From positions 28,603,263 through 28,667,262 of the forward strand of contig NC_083411.1 of NCBI RefSeq assembly GCF_020745735.1: a DNA stretch of 64,000 nucleotides. The letters are read 5' to 3'. The DNA is from Hemiscyllium ocellatum. Its lineage: Eukaryota. Under the pieces are notes generated by a model. The model did not search any database and was not told the origin of the DNA. It was given only the letters and a program-made list of their open reading frames with translations. Of the stretch, positions 12,901 to 26,288 are shown piece after piece. Both the position numbers and the translations under genes were made by a program. The first letter of the stretch is position 1. Each line of letters opens with the position of its first letter.

Positions 12901-14107
12901 GAACTTTAAGATTTTGTGAAAAAGTGAGATTTTCAAGAAAAACGGAATAATTAAAGGTAATGCTACAAATATTGTTTCCTTGTAACAAGTAATTTTTAAA
13001 CTTTATCTTCTAAGTTTCTGCTACTCATTTTAAAGTTAGATAGATTAAATTTATTCTGCTTAAAAGTACTTAGAGCAAGTTAACAGAAAATCTTGTGGTT
13101 AGATTGTAGTCACATTAGAAGTTTCCCTGGATAACACTCACTAGTATTGTGGACGCTTGTCTTTACAGAAGGAGCATGAAACAGACAGACCATTATGTTG
13201 AACTTGAAGAAGAAAATCTTGTTAAGAGATTAGGAAGTGTACACAGATATAAAATTTTGCAACACAAATATGCAAGGGCAAGAAAGGTGTAAGGAGAATG
13301 GGCATGTGGTGGGGAAAGAGTCTTGACGGAGGGGGAGATGTAAGGGATGTCTGCAGCTGGCAGACCTTGGTGTGGAGGCATATTATGGAATGTGGGCTCT
13401 TTAGAGAGGCACCTCTGACCCTCTTTCTGCCCAAGAATGGTAACTGCTAGGTTTCTCTTTGCTATGAATCTTTCCTGTCAGCCTCAAATGTAAAGTCACT
13501 CTTAAGTTGTTAATAACTGGTCACTTAAAGGCCTTAACTAATGTGAGGATGGGCATGCCATTCTGGACCTCAACCGCTTCACATAAAATCATGGACAGGC
13601 TTGGGACGCATGGAATTGCATCAGGAAAGACAACTGGGAAATTTTACCGCTCACTCCATCTGCAAATTTGCCAATGGGACACAATGAAATTCTAGCCAGA
13701 GGTTTTGATGTTACTATTCAACATGAAAGTCAGAAATCAATTGTGAAATGCAAAACTGTTAAATTACAGACTATTGAAATTTTTGGTTAATATATCTGTT
13801 GCATAATTAGGATCTAGTTGATAATTTTAACATTAACATTAAGACTAATTTTTTCAACTCAACTTTTGTTTCATTCTTAGGTGATAAAGAAGAAAAAAAA
13901 CCTTGAATATGCAGTGTTACTGCATTATCACAAGGTAAATTGCGCAGAATCATTTGCAGGTCTTCAATATTTGTGGTTCTATAATATTTGAGATCAATAA
14001 AGCTCAACTGCTGGCATTTTAGAAAAGGCATTGCACCAAAAATTATGCATCAAAATGGAATGGATCAAATTATTCCGTATCAAAACACATGACAGGACTA
14101 TTCCTAC

Positions 14108-14220
14108 CTGGACAGCTTCTTGGAATACCCTGATCAGGCAGAGCACCCTGCTTCTTATGTTGTTCATACCAATCATCAACAGTCATAGTAGGAAGACTTG
14201 GGTAACCAGCACCAAACACC
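14108..14220 (-). CDS. IGBP1: IGBP1 exon 6
   Basis: tctccag|G GTG; [37 protein letters not shown]; donor G|GTAGGA; 113 nt. Confidence 0.96.
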
Positions 14221-15359
14221 CTGGAGACAAATCAGAATATTTATGAATAACAATTATGAAAATACAGGTTCAACTGGAATTGTCATTAAGTGTACATCAT
14301 TTTAAGTGGGCCTTTTTCAGCTGAAAGCCTTGTTCACACTAATGTGCAATATCCACTATATCTATTTGTGCAATATTGAAAATAAAATAAAACAAACAAT
14401 GAACAAATATCACGACTTAGAGTTAATGCTTCCATATAGAATACTGCTGATTTGGTGGCCCTTAGCAGATTTCATACTTTACTATGCAACCCTGAATGTT
14501 TACCTTTTGCCACCAAAACTAAATAAAAATTTGAGTTATATTACATAGCATGTTAAAATTTCAAAGAAACAACTTTCAACCAAGAAAACTAGTTTGGAGG
14601 TGTGATATCAGATGCATTAGTCTATCATTATGCGGTTCCTTCCATTCTGTAGCAACTATTATCCAAAAGTAATTTTACATTGGTGTAATTGGGTAATAAA
14701 CACTGGTTTAAGCCAGTGATGCCTACACTCCATGAATGAATTAAAAAAAACTTTATGAGCTGCGGTGTCTAGTATGCGTTAAGCAAACATTCATATTTCA
14801 TCAATGTATACTGCACAGAAAGATGTCCTTTATGGCCTTTAAAAAAAAATCACTCATTTGTGGAAATTGCAAGTCCCTTGTTACACCAACACTGGGAACA
14901 AGGGACTTGCAATCAATGTTAAGAGGGCAGGCATTAAGAGTCACTCACATTGTACAGCTTTCGAGTTACTTGACTGGCCAGTTAAGGATGGCAGATTTCC
15001 TTTCCAAAAGGACAGGAGTTTTTTCAATAGTGGTTTCATGGTTAGCTTTTTATTCTAGTTTTGTTTTATTGAATTCAATTTCCCCATCTACAATGGTTGG
15101 ATACAAACAATGTCTTCCAAACATGAGCCTCTTGCGTACCTGTTCAGTGACATTCGCTAGAATAATCCAAACACTCCTGTAGAGTATACTACTTTAAAAA
15201 TTTATTTCATCTTCCCTTAAAAGATTAAATGGCCACAACCACTCCTGTGGTAAAGCATTAAAATTTCCATTTATCCTTTGCATAAATGAGGTTCTAATGT
15301 TTACCCCTTTGTGCAGAACACCATGGACCAGGTTAATAGGGGTGAATAGATTGATGTTA

Positions 15360-16862
15360 GGAAAGTGGATGTGCTGGAAATTTCGAGAAGCATCAAGATA
15401 GGTAAGTCCCCAGGGCCTGATCAAATATATTCAAGGTTACTACAGGAAGCGAGGAATGAGATTTCTGCGCCTTTGGCAATGATCACTTTTGCATCCTCAC
15501 TTTCCACGGGAGTAGTACCGGATAATTGGAGGGAGGTGAATGTTGTTCCTCTGTTCACGAAAGGGAAAAGGAAAATTCCTGAGGATTACAGACTAGCCAG
15601 TCTTAGTCTGTGGTAAGGTACTGGAAAGGATTTAGGACTATTTGGAAAAACATAGTCTGCTTAAAAATAATCAGCACTGCTCTGAGAGGGGCAGGGTATG
15701 TCTCACAAATCGTTTTGAGTTCTTTGAAGATATGATAAGACAGTTGACAAAGGTGGAGTAGTGGATGTGGTGCATATGGATTTCAGTAAGGTATTTGATA
15801 AAGCTCCCTATGGTAGGCTTATTCATAAAGTTAGGAGGTATGGGATACAGGGAAATTTGGTTGTTTGGATACAGAATTGGTTGGCTGAAAGAAGACAGTG
15901 AGTGGCAGTGGATGGAAAGTATTCCGCCTGAGGTCGGTGACCAGTGGTGTCCTGCAGGGATCTGCTCTATGTAACTTTTATAAATGACTTGGATGAAGAA
16001 GTGGAAGGATGGGTTAATAAGTTTCTTGATGACACAAAGGTTGATAGTGTTGTAGATAGCCTCGAGGGCTGTTGCAGGCTACAACAAGACTGACAGGATG
16101 CAGAGCTGGGCTGAGAAGTGGCAGATGGAGTTCATCCTGGATAAATGCAAAGTGATTCATTTCGGAAAGTCGGATTTGAATGCTGAATACAGGGTTGAAG
16201 ACAGGATTCTTGACAATGTGAAGGAACAGCAGGATCTTGGGGGCAACATACATAGATCCCGCAAAGTTGCCAACCAAGTTAAGAGGGTTGTTAAGACGGC
16301 AGATGGTGTTTTGGATTTCATTAACATGGGGGATTGAGTTTAAGAGCCGCAGGGTTTTGCTGCACCTCCATATGACCCTGGTTAGGTCACATTTGGAATA
16401 TTGTGCCCAGTTCTGGTCGCCTCATTATAGATGCTTTACAGAGGGTACAGAGGACATTTATCAGGATGCTGCCTGGATTGCCGGCTTGTCTTTGAAGAAA
16501 GGTTGAGTGAGCTAGGGCTTTTCACACTGGAGAGGAGTAAGAAACAGGGGTGACTTGATAGAAGTGTACATGGTAGTAAGAGGCATAGAGAGAGTAGATA
16601 GGGTCATAATTTAAGATGATTGAAGGAAGGTATGGGGAGATGCCAGAGGAAGGTTCTTTACGCAGAGAGTAGTGGGTACGTGGAATGCAATGCCAATGGT
16701 GGTAGTAGAGTCAGAAATATTAGGGACATTTAAGTGACTGCTGGACATGCATATTGACGGCAGTAAATTGAGGGCTGTGTAGCTTAGGTTGATCTTGGAT
16801 TAAGATAAATGCTCAACACAACATGGTGGGCTGAAGGGCCTGTACTGTGCTGCTCTATGTTT
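15360..16862 (+). mobile_element. 5'-truncated CR1 LINE
   Basis: KSPGPDQIYSRLL, WQMEF, HLEYCAQFWSP motifs; 3' tail GGGCTGAAGGGCCTGTACTG. Confidence 0.88.
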
Positions 16863-17330
16863 ATGACACCTTGCCAATGATTGCTAAAAGTTAAGGAAGA
16901 GATCTTTTCAATGATTTAAAAAATATCCATCCTATATTTTCCTTAGCTATCTCCAGTCTCAAGAATGTAGCCCTGGCTGTTTAGTCTCTCTTTATAGTTT
17001 CCCATTCTGGCATCATCTTGTTAAACATATCATAAATGCTCACTTTGCCTTCTATGTCCTTAAAATGGAGTACCAAAAACTGCACTTGATATTTCAATTA
17101 TGGTTTAACCAATCCATTGGCAAAATTAGGATTACATCCTTTTATTGGAATACTTTTAGGATCTATGCTCCTTTAAAAAGCAATCCAAAATACTGCTGGC
17201 TTGTTTTATTTAGTTATGTCTTAGAATCCCAATGTCTCTGCACGTTTGCATCTATTGACCACATGCTCACTTTTTGTTTTACCTCCCAAATTAAATTACC
17301 TGACATTAAATTATATCTGCCACATGTCTA

Positions 17331-17601
17331 AAAACCAAAAGAACTGTGGATGCTGTAAATCCGAAACAAAAACAAAAAGCTTAGTAAGCCTGGCAGCATC
17401 TGTGAAAAGAAATCAGAGTTAATGTTTTGGGTCTGGCAATGCTTCCTCAGAACTACCTCCTGAATTTCTGAGCCCTATTAAGCCAATTGATTTAGCCATG
17501 AACTGTTTGGAGGAGGGGTCACTGGAACTGCAACGTTAACTTTGATTTTTCTCCACAGATGCTGCCAGACCTGCTGAGCTTTTCCAGCAATTTCTATTTT
17601 T
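17331..17601. mobile_element. Short palindromic Penelope-terminus-type element with decayed hammerhead cores
   Basis: The arm CTGGCAGCATCTGTG...GAGTTAATGTT is inverted relative to AACGTTAAC...CACAGATGCTGCCAG. Confidence 0.7.
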
Positions 17602-17800
17602 GCTCCTGCTGCATGTTTGCTCATTTTGCTAACTTGTACACCCTTGAGGTGCATTTTACAGTTCTCTTTACATTTCTTTTAAGATTCTTGCTTGACTTGG
17701 TCTGGACAAATATAGAAAACATAAAATTCAACACATGTATGTGAATGTCAATTCAGAACAAGACTGAGTTTGACTCTGCTGTCTCCTTTTAAGCAAGGAG

Positions 17801-18092
17801 GAAAAGGGAGGACTGCAGATGCTGGAGAACAGAGTCGAAGAGTGTATTAGTGTATTCACCCCATCCAAATTTTCTTCCTAAAAGAATAGTGCACATTACC
17901 ATAACTCCAATATCCAACCCCACCCCCCACCCCCACTCCAAAGCGGCCATTCTTCACATTCTGAAGAGCAGGAGAATCAATGTTTCAGGCATTAGCCCTT
18001 CATCAGGAATGGTTTATGCCCGAAACATCGATTCTCCGGCTCCTGGGATTCTGCTTGACAGCTGTGGTTTTCTAGCACTACACTCAGTCTCC
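17801..18092. mobile_element. Short palindromic Penelope-terminus-type element
   Basis: GGAGAATCAATGTTTCAGGC...CTTCATCAGG followed by the inverted GCCCGAAACATCGATTCTCC; same family as the Penelope ends at 55500 and 60600. Confidence 0.75.
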
Positions 18093-18350
18093 TTTCAAAC
18101 AAATCTGATGGTGAATTCCTAATCACTTGTGAAGAACTGCTGCTTTGCTGAGATAAAGTAGCCGGTGGTGAGGGGAGGTGAGCGGACATTGAAGTTATGG
18201 TAATGTGTACTATTCTTTTAGGAATAAAATTTGTATGGGGTGAATAAAATGACAAGAAAAGAAAAAGCTATTCACAAAATTGTAAGCTTTTTGGTCACAG
18301 AATTTAGAGTAGAGATTAGATTTTCAATAGCACTCTGGTTTAGCACTTAC

Positions 18351-18421
18351 TTGGCTTGGACTGCATCTTGAGTAAGGATAAACGGTTTCATGGGAGGTCT
18401 TTGTGGTCGAGTGGCCTGAGG
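18351..18421 (-). CDS. IGBP1: IGBP1 exon 5
   Basis: ttttcag|CCT; PQATRPQRPPMKPFILTQDAVQA(K) matches the conserved RPP.KPFILT motif; donor AA|GTAAGT; 71 nt, phases fit both neighbours. Too short to appear in the ORF track. Confidence 0.92.
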
Positions 18422-18769
18422 CTGAAAAAGACCATTAGTTTTATGTGGGTAATCAGAATTGTCTATAAGTATCGTAAAATAAAATTTCAAATCCAAAGTC
18501 ATTGCAAATACTCAAGTTCACAACTGTACTTATTTATAGCATGAAAGTAAGAAACTGCCTGTTAAAAATACTCTCAAAACACCAAAGTTTTGCCATTAAA
18601 TTTTAAATGTCAAGTTTCCATTTTGTTAAAGAATGCTTAAGGATGCTTCCAGAAAGTGTAACGTTTGCAATGAATTTATTTTTCATTACAGTAAAACATA
18701 CACCAACAGTTTCAAAAGCTTAGGTACATAAGAAATACATGCACGAGTGGGCCATTCCATCCTTCAAAA

Positions 18770-19110
18770 CAAATTGGAGACAGTGCAGAAGCACCCTACA
18801 GGAGGGATGAGAAACATCAGTTACGAGGATAGACTGAAGAAATTGAGACTGTTCTCCTTACAGAAAAGGAGATCTGATAGAGCTTTTCAAAATTAAGAAT
18901 GGGCTGGATACTGTAGATCAATCCATATAACAGAAACAATAATGAGAGAGCACAGACTTTAAGTGATTTGCAAAAGCAGCAAGATTAATACCAAAAAAAA
19001 GTTTTCATTCAGCAAGTATTTAGGATTTGAAAGGTATTACCTGGAAGTGTGGTGGAGACATGTTCAATTGAGGCATTCAATACAGCATTGGATGATTATT
19101 TAAATAATTG
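18770..19110 (+). mobile_element. CR1 3' fragment
   Basis: Decayed GDLIE / LFSL CR1 C-terminal codons. Confidence 0.55.
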
Positions 19111-21796
19111 ATAGGTTTGGAGAATGCAAGCTGTAAATACATTGCAAGGTTCTTTTATGGTCAAATAGACATAGTAAGTTGAAAGTTTACATCCATATGT
19201 TTTTAAACTTTGTGACATATATTACAAATAGGCAACCATGAACTCATTTCACGAATTCTGCATTTTCAGCTTTGTCACTGTGATACTGAGTAAATGACAT
19301 ATTATGCAATTGCCTATTTTGCATTAATCCTGACAGCCGTTATGCTCATGGAAATCTAGGAGAAGTTACAAGTGATAAATAAGATCATCTCAGAAAGAGA
19401 AAAACAAAACTAAAAAAAAACTAAGCCATCGACATAACATAGAATTAGTTTGCGGGGGGAAGGAGAGTACTTGAGTTCTTGTCACTACCAGTGCAAACAA
19501 ATAGGCTAGCTTATAACCAGCCTAGCAGTGCAACTGGAACTTCGATATCTATGAGCTGTACCTATAGACACAATCCAAGATTCTGTTTCAGATCTTCTTT
19601 TCAAGGGCAACTACTTAAAGACAGGGAACTTTTAATTAAAAGCACCAATATCACAAAAACAGTTCCAGATCAGAATCACTCGTGTTATTGTCTTTAAAAA
19701 AAAGTCATATTTCGTCCTTTCGCAAGTCACTTTAAATATATGTTGTCTCATTCTTGATCCTTTCATAAGCAGACTCCCTAGCTATTTATTCCAGACCACT
19801 CATTTCTGAAAAGAGCTACTGGACAGTCCAGTAGAAGTTATGTCACTAAAGAAAATAGTTTCAACCTCTCCAATCTATCAAACTACCAGATTAAATGGAA
19901 GAAAGCCTTGTGACTCAAACAAATGGTGTAAAATATATTGCAAGAGCTACTACTTCTAGTCTTTGTTATGTAACATTTATTTACAAATAACCTTTAACAC
20001 AATAGAATGTTTCAATGCACTTCATGAGAGGATTATCAGGCCAATAACCTGATACTGAGCCACATAAACTGATACTAAAATAGTCAAGCATCTGAAAGAA
20101 GCAAGTTAGACAGAAGGTTAGGCAGTTGAAAGTGTGACAGTTGCCCTTAGTAGTGTGATAGAAAGCAAGGATGCTCAAGAGAATGGAATTAGAGGAAAAC
20201 AGATGTTATGAGATTGTTGGACTAGAGGAAGTCAGAGATGAGGTGGAGTAAGGCTCCTATTAGAAATAGGAGAAAGATTAAGTCACTTGGCACACACAGC
20301 TGGTTTGCCATGTAAAGTAACACTGACAGCAAGGATTCAATTCCCGCACTTGCCGAAGTTACGTTGAAGAACTTGCCTTCCCAAACTCATTGCGGGTGTG
20401 ATGTCCCTCAGATTAAACTCACCATCTGTTGTCTCTCTAATGACAGAACAGCCCTATGGTCCTCTGGGACTAGTGACTTTACCTTTACCTACCCTGCCAT
20501 TCAACAAGATCGTGGCTGATTTGTCCCAAGTCTCAACGTTTTTGTGCCATCTCATCATACAATTTGTAGTAGAGTAGAGGTGAAGACTATTTAGCCCTTC
20601 TCTAAATACTTTGTAATCTAGCCTTCACAATTTTATGGGGAGTACTGAATTGCAGATATTCATCCCCTCCAGAACAAATTCCTTCACACCTTAGTTTTAA
20701 ATGAGTATACTCAATGCTTCACACTTATGCCAACCTCTTCTCCATCCACTCTGTCAAGCTCTCTCAGAATCTTTCATGTTTCAATACGATCACCTCTCAT
20801 TACTCTAACTCTAATGAATAAAGGCCTAATTAGCTTAGATGATCTTGATAAGTTAGCCCTTCATCCCTGGAATCAGTCTTGTGAATCTGGCTTTCAACTA
20901 CCAGAATATCCTTGCTTAAATACAGGAACCAGAACTTACAAAGCACTCCATGTGCAACCTCACTATCAGCCTGTGCAATTAGAGTCATCAAGTCATACAG
21001 CACAGAAACAAACCCTTTGGTCTAACTTGTCCACGCTGACCAGGCACCCTAACCTGAACTAGTTCTATTTGCCAGCATTTCACCCATATTCCTCTAAATC
21101 GCTCCTATTCATATGCCCATCTAGACCCCTTTTAAATGTTGTAATTGTATCCACCTCCACCACTTTCTTTGGCAAATTGTTCCACCCTCTGCATGAAAAG
21201 GTTACGCCTCAAGTCTTTTCTAATCTTTTACTCCTCACCTTAAACCTATGCCCTCTAGTTATGGACTCCCCCAGCCTAGGAAAAAGACCCAGGCAATTCA
21301 CCCTATCTATGTCCCTCATAATTTTATTGCCTCTGTAAAGGTCACCCCTCAGCCCCCGTCACCCCTCAGCCCTCTACATCACAGGGAAACTGACCCAATA
21401 ACTCAAACATCAGTCCCGGCAACCACAAGATGATTGGGTTCAAATAGTGGATTTCCTATCTGCTGGAAACATAATACAATCCAGAGACTTCTAGAATATT
21501 TCAAACAATGCCTCCACTATTTCTGCAGCCACTTTCTTTAAAATCCTCTCTGTTTCTTGTGATATAGACTCTTACTAGATATTTCCTCCCACTAGCAATC
21601 TTTGGCATGTTTACAGTGTCCATCTCTGTCCTAAAAGGCCTACCTCTTAGTCTTCGATTGGTGATTTGTGGTTCTGGTATCTCCAATCATCGAGAGCATT
21701 CTTTCTACATCTACTGTCTAATCTGTTGGAATATTACATATTTCTATGACATTCCCCTCCACTATTCTAAACTACAGTGATAGTCCTAAACTATCA

Positions 21797-21955
21797 ATGA
21801 TGTGGAGGTGTTAGCGTTAGACAGGGGTGGACAAAGTCAAAAATCACACGACACTGGGTTATAATCCAACTTGTCTGAGGAACAAGCAAGGGGTACGAAA
21901 GCTTGCAGTTTCAAAGAAACCTTTTGGACTTTAACCTGAGGTTGTATTATTTTTG
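21797..21955. mobile_element. Short palindromic element, same family as 29230, 39006 and 54890
   Basis: AAAATCACACGACACTGGGTTATAATCCAAC inverted to TTGGACTTTAACCTGAGGTTGTATTATTTTT. Confidence 0.65.
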
Positions 21956-24268
21956 GCTAAACAATCCAGTCTCTGTCCAGCATTTCAGTCCTGCCATCCC
22001 AGGGTTCAGTTGCACTTCCCAACAGCCAGAATATCCTTCCTCAAATATGGAGACCAAAGCAGGACACAATACTCCAGGTGTAGTCTTCCCAATACAGTTG
22101 GAGCAAGTCAACCCTGCTTGAATCATTTTGCTATGAAGGTCAACATACTATTTGCCTTGCACTTTCAACAAATGGTGTACTTGGACACAGAGGTCTCGTT
22201 GCATAACTTTTCCAAATCATCACCATTTAGCTATTAATCCATTACCAAAGTGGATAACCTCATACTTATCCATGTTATACTCCATCTATCATGTATTTGT
22301 CCACTAACCTAACTTGTTCAAATAACACTGAGGCTTCTTTGCATCTTCCTCTCAGAACATTTTCCCAGCCAGCTTTGCCATCTTCAAACAAACATCGAGC
22401 GATGACACATAGTTCCCCCATCTATTTAGTATATTATCAATAACCGGAGTTCAAGCACTGATCTCTATGATACCTCATTAGTCCCTGCCTGCCACTCAGC
22501 AAAAGACCTGCTTTTTCCTACTGTTTCCTGTCTCCCTGGTTCTCAGTCCATTTCAGTAACGAGCTACAAGCCCATTTGTTTTAATTTTGCAAGTTAATCT
22601 CTTATGTGGAACTTTTGATAACCTTCTGAAAAATTCAACTAAACGACATCTACAGGCTCCCACTTATCCACTCTACTAGTTACATCCTCAAAACATTCTA
22701 GCAGATTTGTTAAGACTTCCCCTTCATAGATTCACGCTGACTCTATTGCATGCCATCATTATTTTCCAAGAGCTTACATCTTTTACAACGGACTCAACAT
22801 TTTTCCCACTACCAATGTCAAGCTAACCAATCTATAATTTGCTGTTTTCTTTCTGCCATCCTTCTTAAATAGTGGGGTCACATTAGCTGCCCTCCAACCC
22901 ACAGGAATTATCCTAGAATCTTGGATGACCATTAGCACATTGCCTATTTCTAGGGACATTTCCTCAAGTATCCTGGCAGTTTCAGGCTATGGGCATTCAT
23001 CGGTCTTTTATCCTCAATTCCAGTTTCAATTCCTGCTACCCCCGCCGACACCACAACCATGTGCTCCTCCATATTTTGGAAAGTTATTTGTGTCTTCCTC
23101 TGTGAATGCAAAACTATAGTATATAGTTAACTGGTTTGCCATCTTTGTTTCCCACTATAAATTCCTGTCTTTAAAAAAGCTGTAGGGGTCATATGCTTTT
23201 TAAAAAAATTTTCATATATTTATAGAAGCTTTTATTATTGGTCTGTCTATTCCCTGCAAGCTTACTCTTGTAGCATTTTCCACCTCTTAATCGGTTTCTT
23301 TGTTTCCTTTTGCTGGAATCTAAAATTGTCCTCAGGGCTGTGTTTTGGCTTATTTATGTGCGTCTTCCTTAGATTTAATATTAAGCCTAATTTTCTTTGT
23401 TAGCCATGGGCTGCTAAACTGAGATGAATAACTGTTGCACACCTTAAATGATCTTCATTGTTTGTCTATTTGTATTAGCTAAAATAAAAGTCGATGAATA
23501 ATGACCCCCAACTTGTCATAGCGACTTTGCAAGTAACACCATCATAATTGCCTTTATTTAAATTCAAGACCTTATTGTCAGAAACAAGTCGCTCTTCATC
23601 TTAATGAAGAATTCTATCCTATTGTGGTCACTCTTCCCAAAGGCCCACACACAACTGAATTGTCAAGGATTTCTTCCTTCTTACAAAATACCCAGACAAG
23701 GAGAACTTCTTCTCTAATTGGTTTCTCTAAATATAGATTTATAAAACTATCCTGTACATATTCCAAGAATTCCTCCTCTACAATATTGCTACTCATTTGA
23801 TTTATCTAACCTACATGCAGACTGAAGTCACTAAATTACAACCATATCTTTATTACTTGCATTTCTATTTCCTTCTTAATGTTTCCGCAATAGATTGGGA
23901 ATCAAAATCCAACTCCTGTCATTTCTGCCCCTTGGTGTTTCTAAGGTCAACCCAGAGATTCTATTTCTCTGGAGTTAACATCCTTGCTCATAATCACATT
24001 AAATTTTCTTTTTAAATCAGCAATGCTACCCCACCTTTCCCTTTTGTCTCCTTTCTGGAAACTGCAAACTCCTGGATACTCAGTTCCCATTCCCTGTTAC
24101 CCTAGAGTGACATCTCTGCAATTCCTACTATACTGTATCTAATTAGATCTATTTGTGACACTAATTCATCCATTTCATTGCAAACATCTGTGCATTAAGG
24201 CCTTGATCTTCCCTGGAATTATCTGCCTGTCACCTTATTTCTAATTCAGTGTTTTATTTTAGACCTTA

Positions 24269-24962
24269 CTGTACATGCTAGAGCAAAAGTTGATCTCATG
24301 TAAAAGTTCTTCGCAGATCAAGATTTGAGAGTCAAGGTATTATCTGTACATAAACGTTATGATGAGAAAATGAATTTTTCTCATGCTATTATGTTTTGAT
24401 GTACAATTCACACCAACGTTATGCTACGGACTTCTTAAAATTATTGTCGAATGAGCACTGTAATTAGTATAAACAGTGTGCTACAAAGTTTATCACACTA
24501 TTTCCTATATGAGATAGGCCTATATGCATTTACTTCGCTACAATTACAGTGCAGTTGTTGACAATTTTTCATGGCTACAATGATCGGTGAGACTGTACGA
24601 GAATCAAATGTCTGACAATTTTATCAGAAATAAAAGCTTAACATATTAGTTTGAAAAACTAATACAACAGTAGACGAGAGAAAATGGTGGTAAATGGAAG
24701 AATTTGTCGTGCAAGTCAGAGTCAGGTGACAACCTTCCAATGCGTGCAGCTCAGTTCCCCTGTAGCATTGTGGAATTATTGTAATTCATACTGTTTCTCT
24801 TCTTTATTCGTTTAGAGATTACTTGGCTTCTGGTAATGAAACGGTACTTTGGACTGTAGCACGACTTTCAGCTCCTCAAAAGTAATATCCATGCAATAGT
24901 TGACCCCATAATTTTAACCTTAAAAAAGTCCAAAAATTCGACTTTTACATGAGTATGTACAG
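24269..24962. mobile_element. Non-autonomous Tc1/mariner-superfamily (Tc2/Tigger-like) DNA transposon
   Basis: Imperfect TIRs CTGTACATGCTAGAGCAAAAGTTGA / TCGACTTTTACATGAGTATGTACAG; TA on the left flank, CA on the right; no ORF. Confidence 0.6.
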
Positions 24963-25670
24963 CATTTCTTGTCATCTGTCTCCTGAGGCTCCCACCCTTG
25001 CCATTTTAATTTAAACCCTTCCCAACCATACTCAGTTCCAGTCCTGGATAGGTACTACTCATCCAGCTTGTACTGATGTTACTTCTGTGAGAAACGGTCC
25101 CAATGTCTCAGAAATCTGAAATGCTCACCTTGCACCATCTCTCCGGCCACATATTCATTCAACATATTCTACTATTTCTATTCTAACTAGTACGTACAGT
25201 GACTGCAATCCTGAAATACTCTTTGAAGTCCCTTTTCTTAAAAAAATTAAGGCATCATCAATTGGATCCACCCCGTGAACTCCAAGTTCCTTGCCACTCT
25301 AGAACAGACGTTCTGAAATCTAGCATTAGGCAGGCAAAATAACCTTTAGGAATCTTTGTTTTTGTTTCAGCATCTACTATTGCAGAACAGTGAGGGCTAG
25401 CATCCCCAAACTATGCTAGCCTTAATACTATTTTTTCTTTTCTCCCAGGCACTTAATTAGTGTTTTTGGCCACGATGCCATGGTCAGTTAACTTATCCTT
25501 CCTGGTCTATGCCCTCATCCACACTGGGAGTAACAACACAAGAATTAACCATGTTATACTTGAGAAGATCCAAGTCTGTTCAGTAACATTCCTGTTACCT
25601 CAGTTCTTCTACACACAATGTCCGTAGTTGTGAAGTGTATAAAATGCAGAGATTAAAATAAATCACATAC

Positions 25671-25866
25671 CCGTTTTGTTCCCTCCATTCTTTTCAAAAT
25701 TTGAATTTCTTGCTCTATACTCTCAATCTCTTCTAGACTTGTGCTTATCCAATGCTGCAAATTCAGTAGATAGAATTTTCTCGTTTGCTCATCATCTGCC
25801 TTTCCACTGCAGATAACAGATTTAATCTCCTTCAATTGGGCTTCAGTTTCCTTCTTCATATTATAC
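25671..25866 (-). CDS. IGBP1: IGBP1 exon 4
   Basis: aacag|G TAT; YNMKKETE...ADDEQTRKFYLLNLQHWISTSLEEIESIEQEIQIL; donor CGG|GTATGT; 196 nt. Confidence 0.96.
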
Positions 25867-25979
25867 CTGTTTGGAATGCATTACAAAAACTTTCAAAGCA
25901 CTGCTGGATAATCTGCTTTCAAGCCTCATTTATTCCAAAGTTGTTCCGTTAAGCATAAAGAAATGTATGAAACTCTCAC

Positions 25980-26288
25980 CTTTCAATTTTAGCCTGTCTT
26001 TTACTTGCCATGGAGAGTAAACTGGATTGACTGCAGACACCAGGACTACTGGTAACATTTGACTCATTATGTTCTTCGTTGTTCTCTACTTTTTGAGGGA
26101 TTTCAAATTTCATAATATTGTAATCTTTGCAACGCTTTAAGAAGTCCATGTAATAGACCTGGGCTTTCTGTACATGTTCCAGTCGCTTAGCAGAATTTCC
26201 TAATTTCATTGTGAGCGCTCCCAGGAGCACAGGCAATAACAGATATTTAACATCTGCAGTGGCTATTTCTTCCAGCTCTTCATTTCGA
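25980..26288 (-). CDS. IGBP1: IGBP1 exon 3
   Basis: ttgcag|T CGA AAT; RNEELEEIATADVKYLLLP...MASKRQAKIER; donor AG|GTGAGA; 309 nt. Confidence 0.96.

Larger units (their letters stand above)
20470..25350 (-). mobile_element. Cluster of nested minus-strand CR1 fragments, including an ORF1 SGNH-esterase remnant (about 25030-25200)
   Basis: CR1 3' ends at about 20500, 21000 and 21600; RT/EN remnants 22000-24200 (ORF 23614-23796); ERWC.GE.FRFLRHWDRF...YKLD near 25100. Internal boundaries are approximate. Confidence 0.7.
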
